DNA of 63,508 nt, counting the filler, from Bigelowiella natans CCMP2755 (lineage: Eukaryota; Protista; Cercozoa): the NCBI GenBank assembly GCA_000320545.1. It is 4 parts of 4 records of this genome, joined end to end, with 100 filler letters (N's around TTAATTAATTAA, not from the genome) between each part and the next. Parts side by side here need not be neighbours in the genome. Positions count along the whole stretch, not along the records: positions 24,354 to 55,262 come from ADNK01002117.1; positions 55,363 to 61,957 come from ADNK01001079.1; positions 62,058 to 63,508 come from ADNK01000681.1; 1 more part is not named here. One strand, written 5' to 3'. A model generated the notes under the pieces. It did not search any database and was not told where the DNA came from. It was given only the letters and a program-made list of their open reading frames with translations. A program made the translations under genes and the position numbers. How positions within the stretch are numbered: the first letter of the stretch is position 1; every line of letters starts with the position of its first letter. Below are positions 53,777 through 63,508 of the stretch, in pieces.

Positions 53777-53883
53777 ATGCAGGCAGAAATAATAAAACGC
53801 GTTTGTGGTTTGATGAATCTAACACAAACGTATAGACGGAGAAGATAAATCACGCTTATGGGCTGAGGACACAAAAAAACAAG

Positions 53884-53933
<50 letters not shown>

Positions 53934-55262
53934 TTTGCCTTGCCTCGAACAAGCGCGTGGTTACATCATATACACCATACGAATGTGGTGGGATTGAGAC
54001 TGAGATGGCGACGGTCATGTGTCTGTTCCGCTACAGGAGGAGTCAGCAGCAGCAACAGCAAGAATCCGCAGGTCTGCCGTCGCTCACATGTCTTATCATC
54101 GTCTTCATTACATTATACCTGACTGCACGGATATCCACAGCGTGAGTGAGTGGAAGGGCTGAATCGTGCGTTTGTGCTTGTTTGTTTGTTTGTTTGTTTG
54201 TTTGTTTGTTCGTTTGTTTGCCTGTCGCCACTTCCGAAGCACCAAGCAGCAGCTCGAAGAGGGCAAATCCAAGGTCGCACTCGCAAAGCAGTACTAACCC
54301 TTGCAGTCAAAACGCGGGGAACCGATAGCAGAGGATGATGCTGAGAACGACGATCATGATGATGAAGGATTTCGCTTTTCGCGCGGCGGGCCGACTGAAT
54401 TGCTCCATCGTTGACTTTTTGACTTTCAATTCTTCCTTACCACCACCACCATCAGCTTGAAGCTTTGACGACGGAATACGTACAAGGAGCACTGGAACAT
54501 GGTTTATCTGAGGTGCGCATTCCTAGGCAACCGCAGCAATGGAGATCATCATCACCATCACCACCATCGTCGTCATCGTCATCATCATCATCATTATCAT
54601 CTAAAATTCATCTTTCGTCGGTTCCGTTGTACAATAGCGGGCCGTTCAGCTGAAGTTGAAGTCTATGAAGCCCCCGTTGCCAAAGAGGCTAATCCCGATA
54701 AAGGAGAAGCGCCAAGAGCAGGACAGACTGCGCGACGACCTGCGCGCTCTCCAGCAGCAGCTCCAGCGCTCGAAGGAAGATCGGTGTGTCCCAATCTGGT
54801 TTTATTTTTTTTGTTAAAATCCTATTTTCCTTTCTTTTTCCGTCCGGCTTGCTGCGCTCGTGTTTCAGCGCATTTCTGACTTTTGGTGCTGTCGGCCTCT
54901 CCCTGATCTACGGCTCATGTCGTCGTCATCGTCGTCATCGTCGTCGCTAGGATGGACTTGGATGCTGAGGCAAAGGAGATTGCTACGCTGCCCCGCATAA
55001 ATCCGGGGCTCTCCGCGCGTGAAGCCAGCACCATCAGGACGGCCCTCGCCTCCGGCAGCTTGGTATTGATGATCGATTTAGACAATGGAACGACAGCGCT
55101 GTGTAAGGAGGCAACCGTCGTCAAGGTCTTCCCGGCATTAAACACAGTGAAGCTAGCGTTGAAGGCGGGGGGGCGTGTTCGCCCTCGCATCTCACCGATG
55201 CTGTGGTTGGACTGGAGGGGAGACGAGTTTCCGATTAGCGAAATAAACCTGGGAAATCAAGA
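49752..55262 (+). CDS. Nuclear protein with Agenet/Tudor-like module, SANT/Myb domain and coiled coils (3' end in gap)
   Basis: NLS-like MSSNNEPRPKRQK; EYQIGEIIEAQF|DDTWRRAVVKK|VVKGYPYVEVDG; KKWRH|EEENARLFD|AVAEYGANWNKIKRE|YFSTSTRTKQQLEIQFIK|RKAYG; further plus-strand exons through MDLDAEAKE... Continuity beyond ~52200 is inferred from splice sites. Confidence 0.65.
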
Positions 55263-55362
55263 NNNNNNNNNNNNNNNNNNNNNNNNNNNNNNNNNNNNNN
55301 NNNNNNTTAATTAATTAANNNNNNNNNNNNNNNNNNNNNNNNNNNNNNNNNNNNNNNNNNNN
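55263..55362. other. Assembly gap with TTAATTAATTAA linker
   Basis: N-run / linker / N-run. Confidence 0.97.
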
Positions 55363-55593
55363 TTACGATATTATTCTACAAAAGGTATGAGTTGTTCACC
55401 CCGTGGGCTGATAGGATTGAGAAAAAGGTATGTGTTAAAACATGTACTGTGTGTGAGCTTGGGTAGGAGGGGGTACAAACAAAACAAACACAAACAATGT
55501 GTGCATGATAATACTAGTCTATTTATTGCAATGTACTAGATACTCCACCAGCGATGAGCACAACTGGTTGATCGCTATTTGACCATATACGTA

Positions 55594-55631
<38 letters not shown>

Positions 55632-55705
55632 CCCCTACAAGGGAAAATTCTGATGGTGTTGTTGTGGAAATAGCATGTTGAACCAATAACAACAAAATCA
55701 ACAAT

Positions 55706-55736
<31 letters not shown>

Positions 55737-56054
55737 GGGTGAATCATTTGTGCTCATTGGCATTCGAGTGCAGAGATTTCAGAGCTATTTTGCGACAAAT
55801 ATGGTTGTAAATTGCACAGCAAATTGCCCTCTTATTATTCATTCGTTGCATTCTCAACGAGGAATTATTGTTTTAGTAGCATGCGTTCATGCAGCTTTCT
55901 CCTCCTCTATAAGGAGAAGGATAATCTCATTAGATCAAACACAAACAGTGCGAAAACGACGTATTGAACATCATTTATTATCGCGTTGTTCACTTATTAT
56001 TGACATGTTGTTGAGAATATATCGCAATGATATTCCCAAGACAACTCTAGAAGT

Positions 56055-56090
<36 letters not shown>

Positions 56091-58646
56091 TATTGATTGT
56101 TATTTATTCCGTGTGCTTCTACGTGTGCTACTGCACGTTCGTGTTAGATATTCCCGTTGTTCCTGATCACTCTTCTCTCGTTGGCCGCATTTAGAATCAG
56201 TGCTGCAGATATACCAAACCGAGTACAATATAACAACACAAATAGAGCTCGCCAACCTAGGATGTAGAAGTATTTATATATGATGTGACAGCTCGATGAC
56301 GAATGGTTGCTGCATTGAGCTCGCTAACCTAGGATGTAGAAGTATTTATAGACAGGGTCTATATGATTTGACAGCTCGATGACGAATGGTTGCTGCATTG
56401 CGTTTTACTACTATAAATAGATGGCGACGATTTTCACCCTTCTACTCACAACCGTCGCTTTCAAGTTCATCATAGCAGCGGTATATCTTTACGATAAATA
56501 TGACGTTTGCGTGTTGTACTGACAAAATACATCTCAACTAGAGCAACGACATGCTGAACCCTTTACGGGGAATTATGGTTTGTTTGTGCTGGGGCATTAT
56601 ATAATGTGGTAATTACAACAACAGGAGCTGCCACCGATGTCTTATATGACGTACATAGACAAGTACCTCGTTTTCATATATCTGGTACGTATTTACTTCT
56701 TCTCAAATACATCTCATCACATCTCCCGCATTGACGAAATGTACTTTACTATAGCTGCTTGATTTAATTTAACTCTAGTTAAATAGTGACTTGGGTATAG
56801 ATTCCCAATACACCCGAACCAATCGATTTTGGAAATTGCGTTATTCATACTCAAAATATTGATGAGGAGATGCATACCACCACCACCACCATCATGATCA
56901 TCATCATGATCATCATCATCATCATCATCTTACCCACCTTCGCTGTTCCCTATCATCGATTTGCTCTTCTTGGCCAATAATATCTCAGTGGTATGTAGCA
57001 ATGACTGGAGAAAGCTTGCTGGTTGCAGAGATTGCTGAAGATGATGAGGAGGTTAGATTGTGTGTGTATTTGTATCACATATGCATTGTTATCTGTGCCT
57101 TCGACTATACTTCCAAGTATACATGATTAAGACAGTAATTCAAAATACTAGGAGATCTGTCTTGTGTCTAATTATCTACGATGATATGTTGTTCTATTCA
57201 GCTTGCTGATAGTATTGACAGAGTCGTGTTTTGGGCGTCTGCATCTGTATGGTAGTACTTACTACTGTATTTGGTTTCTGTATCATCTAAAGAGGTGTTT
57301 GTATCTAAGTAAGTACGTAATAATAATGATAATTGTAAGAATACATAAGATACTTCACATAAGATACTTCACATATGCATACATTTTAGTCAACTTCTAT
57401 GAATCATTTTCCTCATTAATCCGTTCCTTTCTCCTTCCTTACCTTTCTTGTACTTTGTGGTTGGCTGTTGATATTAGGTGTGCCATTCACTTGTTGTTGG
57501 TCTTTTTCATCCAATATGAAGTGCTCTATAAGACATGGGAGGAAGTAATGCGGGAAAACGCTGAGGGCAGTCTGGAAAAAATCCACAAGCATACCTTTCT
57601 GTCAGAAAGGAAGATCAGTAGAATCTTTGAGGAGGCAGAAGAGAAGAAAAAGATGCAGCTTCATCAAATGAAACTGGAGAAGAAGCAGGTAGGAGGGGAT
57701 TTGCCTAAGTGAACAACATTGAAATGATTTGTCTTGAGAAGAAACATAAGGCTTCACATAGTCATGTCCTCTCCCTGAGCTACTAATACCTTTTTCTATC
57801 TACAAAGCAACCAAAATCTTTGCACTTGTCTATGTGTGTGGGGGGGGTGCACTGAGTTAATCGATATTATCATATTTCAGAAAAATAAATCAATCTTCGA
57901 TTTGAATGGACGAATATCCCCAGGGGGCAATGATACTGACGGTAGATAGTCATAATAACATAAAATAGACTTAACTATGATTCTTATTACATCCTTTTGA
58001 ATTATGAACTTAGATCATGCGGTTTTCCTACCAACTCATCATCGTCGTCACGCTTGATAATTGTCTTTTTTCTTGAAAAACATCCAGAAAATCCAGACGC
58101 AAACGATACCGAAGATGATGAGATCCAAGCTGGGATGGTGCAATCTCCAAGGGGCCTCTTGAATGACATGAGAAACTCAAGTAAATGTTATAGCTATGTT
58201 ATGAGCAATTTATTTTCGTGTGCCATACAGTGAGGGAGGAGTGACTGGGAGCGCATATACATGTAGCTTTAGAGTTATATACCATGCTCATCAAATATAG
58301 TAGATAGATAGAGATATACATGTTTTTAAGTCCTATTGCAAAAGGTGTTAACAATACACTGCTACTACGTACGTAGATCCCCTTCTGAACAACCAAAGCT
58401 CAGCAGGAGTCTCTGATGACCAAAAGAAGCAACCACAGAATCATCATCAGCTATTAGAGAGAAGAGGTGGCTCTCCCTCCAAAGAAGGAAAAGATAGCGA
58501 TCATGTTAGCGAAGACTCAGATATCAAGGACGATGACGAATCTGTGGAAGATGATGAGGATGATGACTACGAGGAGGATGAAAGTAGCGATAAGAAGAAG
58601 AAAGGTACCTACAAAGTGGGCGCGGTGGAGGCGATACGATAGTATA

Positions 58647-58682
<36 letters not shown>

Positions 58683-59896
58683 CAGACGTGGCTGCCTGTC
58701 GCAACATATACATATCGATATTTTAAATTGAAATCAAACATGTTCTCCATCACCTACTCACTACTTTCTTCATCATTAACAGGTAAGGTTGCTGGTAATA
58801 AAGGCTCTTATTCCATACCACACTCACTACCACCTATTCGCAATTTTCCTACAACAATTGATCCAGTGCAAAGCGCTCGCATTCTGAACTCTCAGCAGCA
58901 TAACACTTGGAACAACGGTGTTCAACCAAATTCCCCCCACCATTTAATCACTGCGCATCATGCATCGTACCAAGGAGGAGGAGGAGGAGGAGGGCAGAGC
59001 TTCATCAACCTTCCAAATCAATCAATGCCAAATCAGTAAGTACTCAGAGAGAAAGAGGGAGGGAGAGAGAGAGAGAGAAAGGGAAAGGATTTGAGTTGTG
59101 GGACTAGATGTTTGGTGATTCAATGGTATATATGTTGTGTTGCGTTCAAACCCAACAGACAACAGAAGAAACTGATAAATAACATCCTTTTATGAGTCAT
59201 TTAAATTGTCTTGATTGTCTTGAGAGAGTTGAATCATATATCATTTTATTTCTTTTCTACTAAGTAGATTGCAACAACAGCATGCTTCGTTCCCAATAAA
59301 TGCTGCAGAGCATAGGAATGTCCAGCAGCAGCAGAATCTAACTACTTTCCAGCAGCAGCAGCAACGCTATTATAATAACAACCAGTCACCATCTTCATAC
59401 CTTCAATACCATCCAACTGGGCATACAGTAGAAACCACTACTCAAAATGGTACTAGTGGTAGTAGTAGTAGTGTGAGTTTCCGTCATCATCAATCTCCCA
59501 CAGCAGTTAGAGGAGATACTGGTCATCAGTATCAGTATCAGAGACAGCAGCACCAACAGAATATGAGGCATCACGCGGCCGCAACAGGACAGCTCTCGGC
59601 TCGAGGCCCATCGGTGATATCGTCCCAACTTCAGCAGAACCAGCAGATTACGCAGCGAATCTTGATGAACCTCGATGGTGAAACCAAGGAAAAACTGTCT
59701 ACAGGTCGTCTATTTATTACGCCTTATCACCGCAAATTATCAAATATTATTTTTCGAGTCAATATTGCATTTCTCAGCCAACCTTTCAAATTTCGCCGTT
59801 TCTTCTCACCTAACTAAACACGTGTTTCAGGCAATAAAGAGAGAGCTCAGATACTCTCTTCGCGTAGTCCAAAGAAGAAAAGGTCACAAGGAGTAG
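55363..59896 (+). CDS. Multi-exon hypothetical protein with acidic and Q-rich C-terminal regions (5' end in gap)
   Basis: Micro-exons (SNDMLNPLRGIM|ELPPMSYMTYID; AMTGESLLVAEIAEDDEE), VLYKTWEEVMRENAEGSLEKIHKHTFLSERKISRIFEEAEEKKK, a Q-rich exon at 59269-59703, and AIKRELRYSLRVVQRRKGHKE*. Confidence 0.55.
56245..56400. repeat. Imperfect tandem duplication (~72 and ~83 nt units) within an intron
   Basis: GAGCTCGCYAACCTAGGATGTAGAAGTATTTATA...TGACAGCTCGATGACGAATGGTTGCTGCATT occurs twice, starting at 56245 and 56317. Confidence 0.9.
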
Positions 59897-61244
59897 ACAA
59901 AAAATCGTGGCCAATTCCAGAAACATCTCACTCGACGACATCACGATCAAAAACGACGAAAAAAGGCAGTAGAGGCAAAAATGCAGTAAATGGGCAATCA
60001 CGTAGGAGTCGGAAGAATGCTTCTGGGTAGTAGATGAGCGGTGCACAGCGGCAATGAATGGCAGGTTTAGCAGCGAGATGTTCTATACTTGTTGCCAGGC
60101 CACTAGCATTTAACATTAGCCAGCTACGCAAGCATAATGCTGTGCGGCATCCTTGTACACAAATAGTTGCTGTGGGCCTTGCTGCCTCAAAGTGCGCGCA
60201 CAGCATGCATCATCACATGACCCGCACATTCGATTCCGTGCAGCCATATCTCCATGACGTTAGTGTATCATTATCTATTATCATCTACATCGCTATATCG
60301 CTATCATGCGATTGAATTTAATTGAGCTGAAACTTTTATCCTAGATGATGCAAATTTTCCTCATGGGCGATGAGCATGCTAATATTGATCATTGACAAGT
60401 GTTCGCAATAGCAGTTATAGTTGCATAAAGTTCAGCTTGTTTGCACGACACAACTCGGTCATGCAATGACAAACTCGGTGAAATTTGGCTGCATGCAGCG
60501 AAAAAGCGCAAATAAAAGCAAGGCTAGTACGTTGATGAATGTGATGATCACTGCATGACATAAAATGAGCACCATGTAGCCGCAGCATTGCACAACTACA
60601 TTGGAATGACTAGCTGTTGCAAAAAAGGAATCATTTCATCGCAACGCACCGTCTATCTAGCCGTCTGCTCATGAAACATGAGCAATGACAAGTCGTAGTC
60701 ACATGCACGATTGACATGACATTTGTTTGGTAAACGTAGCTAACCTGCGGCTATGTAGCTGTTCAAAGCACTAATTGCAAGCAAACAATGGCGCTCAACT
60801 GGCATGATTGATGAGCCTTTTGGTTTTTCTTTTTCATGCAGCAGGCACACGGGTGATAGATGTGGGAAGCATTCGAACCACTGATCGATCAATACCAGTC
60901 TACCGGACAGCAAGTTAAGAAATGATACTACATGATAACATAGCATGAACTTTAACCGCATGGTAAGAATCTGTGCACTAACCCTGGTGCTGTCTTTACT
61001 ATGAGCACTCTCAGCATACATGATGCAGATTTGAATCACATCATCATCACTGCTTAATTTGTTTTGATGACTGAGGTACCTACAATGTTCTCTTCGTGGA
61101 AAATCATCCGGTTTTTCTATCATCATCATCATCATCATATAGTTTGGCGTTCAATGCCATCATAGTCCTTTATGATGTTTACCGCTTTAGCCTAGCATTT
61201 CGTCTCCCTTTTGATTGCCTCACACTATTTTCTGACCCCCTCCC

Positions 61245-61362
61245 TCAGTTGGATGTTTCTTTCTCATTCCAACCTAGCCTGAATGGTAGTGCACAAAACA
61301 CTTAGACATTATCATCCTCAAAGCGATACAAATGCAGATGTGGTGAGATGGAGACAAACATC

Positions 61363-61406
<44 letters not shown>

Positions 61407-61881
61407 AGATTTCATATTAACTCCAACATTACCTTGTTTGCACCTTAAAATCTCTCTTTCGAAACCATAAATTGGTCATAACATGATGGATGCTATACAT
61501 ATAAATGTATGCATATAGAAACTATTGAAATAACTGCTACAATACATTTTTGGTCATAAAACCTTTCCACAAGATCATTGATAGTCTGCACAGTAATCAT
61601 CAAAAACAAATTTGGCAATGAGAAGAATAAGAAGAAACCCATTCTACGTCGTTTGTGCATTGTAACTGAACGTAGAATGAGGAAATAGAAAGAAAAAGAA
61701 ACAGACATACCGTGTCGCAATCGCCTTGGATGAACAAATCACGCCCCTCATCGTCAAATATGAAACTCTACAAAGCCAACGAAACGGAATTAGCCATACG
61801 TTATGCTGCTATCATGCGTTTAATTTTATGATCGATCTCAAAGGTTCTACCTTTTCCATGCTAGCTCCGGACTCTCCAGCA
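61245..61881 (-). CDS. Sirtuin (SIRT2/Hst2-like) C-terminal exons; the rest is in or beyond the gap
   Basis: AGESGASMEK|SFIFDDEGRDLFIQGDCDT|TINDLVER|LGWNEKETSN* matches the class I sirtuin tail RDV...GDCD......LGW. Confidence 0.7.
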
Positions 61882-61894
61882 CTGATTACATTCA

Positions 61895-61929
<35 letters not shown>

Positions 61930-61957
61930 TAGTATACTACTACTAACTACTACTAAT

Positions 61958-62057
61958 NNNNNNNNNNNNNNNNNNNNNNNNNNNNNNNNNNNNNNNNNNN
62001 NTTAATTAATTAANNNNNNNNNNNNNNNNNNNNNNNNNNNNNNNNNNNNNNNNNNNN
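61958..62057. other. Assembly gap with TTAATTAATTAA linker
   Basis: N-run / linker / N-run. Confidence 0.97.
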
Positions 62058-62143
62058 AAGTCAGATGAGGATGGGATGACATACAATGACGTGTAATTGG
62101 CGAGGGCGCGCGCGAACATACACACCACCTAAATCTAAATATA

Positions 62144-62232
<89 letters not shown>

Positions 62233-62236
62233 CAAT

Positions 62237-62289
<53 letters not shown>

Positions 62290-62294
62290 TCTAC

Positions 62295-62537
62295 GTTGAT
62301 ATTCGGAAGGAGTGGGTGCGACGACTGTCGAGTTGACGATGGTGGATCCCGACACAATAGCCACTATTTCGATCGCGGAAGTGGACACCTGCACGGCGAA
62401 GAGAAGGAATAAGAGGGGGAGGAGAGGAAGGGGGGGGTATAGGAGAGATGGGCTGTGAGCCTCAGAGAACTAGATCTTTTCTCCAAGTGAGAGCGATTGC
62501 TCTTGCGCGAAAAGCGGTTTCGACATGTGTTGCATAT

Positions 62538-62590
<53 letters not shown>

Positions 62591-63102
62591 TGTGTGTGTG
62601 TGTCATTGCATTCGAGTGACCCCTTGTGACGAGGCAAGAGCGGCCTTGAAGTTGGCTTGGAACTGCGTCTTCTTCGAATCGGAGAACGTCGAGTACGTGA
62701 TGGAGGAAAACCTTTGTCGTGCGTTCCGAAATCGCGGTAGAAAATACAGTACAATGCCCCAATCAAGCACAGCCAACATATGCACATTTCGTGTGTGTGC
62801 GGCATGCGCGCGCGCGCGCGTGCGGAGTCTGTGTGAGAGCGACCTCATGACTATCGGCACCGCAGGTGTTTCTGGTAAAGCAGCCACGAACGGCATGGAG
62901 GAGCTTGGGATTCCTGGAAATAGTGCCCGCTCCCAGTAAGTATAAGCGTGTGTATGAAAATAGGTGAAAGGGGTGGGGGGGGGGGGAGCATCGAGCTCCA
63001 TTCGAATGTTTGATTAGACTCATAACCATATTCTGTCAAGATCCTTACGACATCTTGGTTGCAACCATAAGTCGCCACTTGAAGAAACTTGGACATGTCC
63101 AC
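62295..63102 (-). CDS. Partial hypothetical protein with an SEA-like module, possibly preceded by an ankyrin-like helix pair
   Basis: Phase-compatible exons: FLQVATYGCNQDVVRILTEYG|IPSSSMPF...IVMR|FSSITYSTFSDSKKTQFQANFKAALASSQG|VSTSAIEIVAIVSGSTIVNSTVV. Confidence 0.4.
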
Positions 63103-63508
63103 ATCGTATGTGAGTCAAGTGCGTAGTTGAGAGCTGGTGCCCGGCACGCCGTCGTTGTGATCTTGAGGGGGGGGGGGCACAAACGCTGGAAAGTCAACTG
63201 CGAGGGGATAGACAAATTATCAAGCTGGGTTGGTAAAGGCAGGTAGTTCTTGACCATCTCTCTAAAGCTAAAAGAAAGGGCATGATTCACGCGCCCCCAA
63301 TTCATACCACTATTTAATTCCACAAACTTGTTGATGTTGTAATAATCACTTCCCAAGGGTAATATTCTATCGATGATGTATTTCATTGACGTATCTTTTA
63401 TTCTCTCTGCTAGTGCGAACACCCACTCGCAGGTAACGATTCACCCATGTTTAGCAAGATGATGCCGACTGTCTTGTCAGCCTTATCCATTACCTTCAAT
63501 GCCCATAG

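Larger units (their letters stand above)
241..62600. repeat. Dispersed intronic microsatellites: (CA)n, (TA)n, (GA)n, (CTA)n, (CAT)n, (CAG)n, (CAA)n, poly-G/C
   Basis: Directly visible in most introns, e.g. 241-308, 7238-7272, 13725-13763 and 52890-53030. Confidence 0.95.

Noticed and set aside
51955-54410. Minus-strand type II membrane or glycosyltransferase-like gene (TYNR motif)
   Set aside because: GT-AG boundaries and coherent exons fall on the plus strand; the TYNR match is coincidental.
56245-56400. CRISPR-like array or LTR pair
   Set aside because: Only two adjacent units, no spacers or internal element, and a eukaryotic intronic context.
62844-62913. LLHAVRGCFTRNTC as a catalytically dead sirtuin EAHG motif
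   Set aside because: Splice phase favours the alternative frame that joins the SEA-like exons.
1-63508. tRNA, rRNA or autonomous transposon genes
   Set aside because: No recognisable structural RNA, transposase or reverse transcriptase motifs were seen by eye; small ncRNAs cannot be excluded without a covariance search.

Overview
Eukaryotic nuclear genomic DNA, gene-dense and intron-dense (GT-AG). Most introns carry microsatellites, so most of the supplied ORFs are artefacts. Three 100-nt scaffold gaps contain a TTAATTAATTAA linker. Bipartite signal-plus-transit leaders on plastid-type proteins point to an alga with a secondary plastid; a chlorarachniophyte such as Bigelowiella is my inference, not a verified assignment. 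By splicing exons by eye I reconstruct about 19 genes, mostly in head-to-head pairs: a membrane-anchored SET-domain protein, an FGD-like DH-PH-FYVE RhoGEF, APRT, a type I membrane protein, plastid-type YgfZ, a BAR-like protein, NC2beta/DR1, a TL29/APX4-like pseudo-peroxidase, an ABHD13-like hydrolase, a Deg/HtrA protease, an F-box protein, a spliced Rnl2-family RNA ligase, an intronless DUF389 gene, a Tudor-like plus SANT/Myb protein, a sirtuin 3' end and several hypothetical genes. The most notable observations are (i) an ~860-bp intergenic island almost free of TAY/RTA trinucleotides but retaining CpG and CTAG, suggesting context-specific A:T>G:C hypermutation; (ii) a GCGACA(A) motif clustered in divergent promoters; and (iii) a complete intron-containing T4 Rnl2-like ligase. 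All gene models are manual; internal exon coordinates and some starts are approximate.
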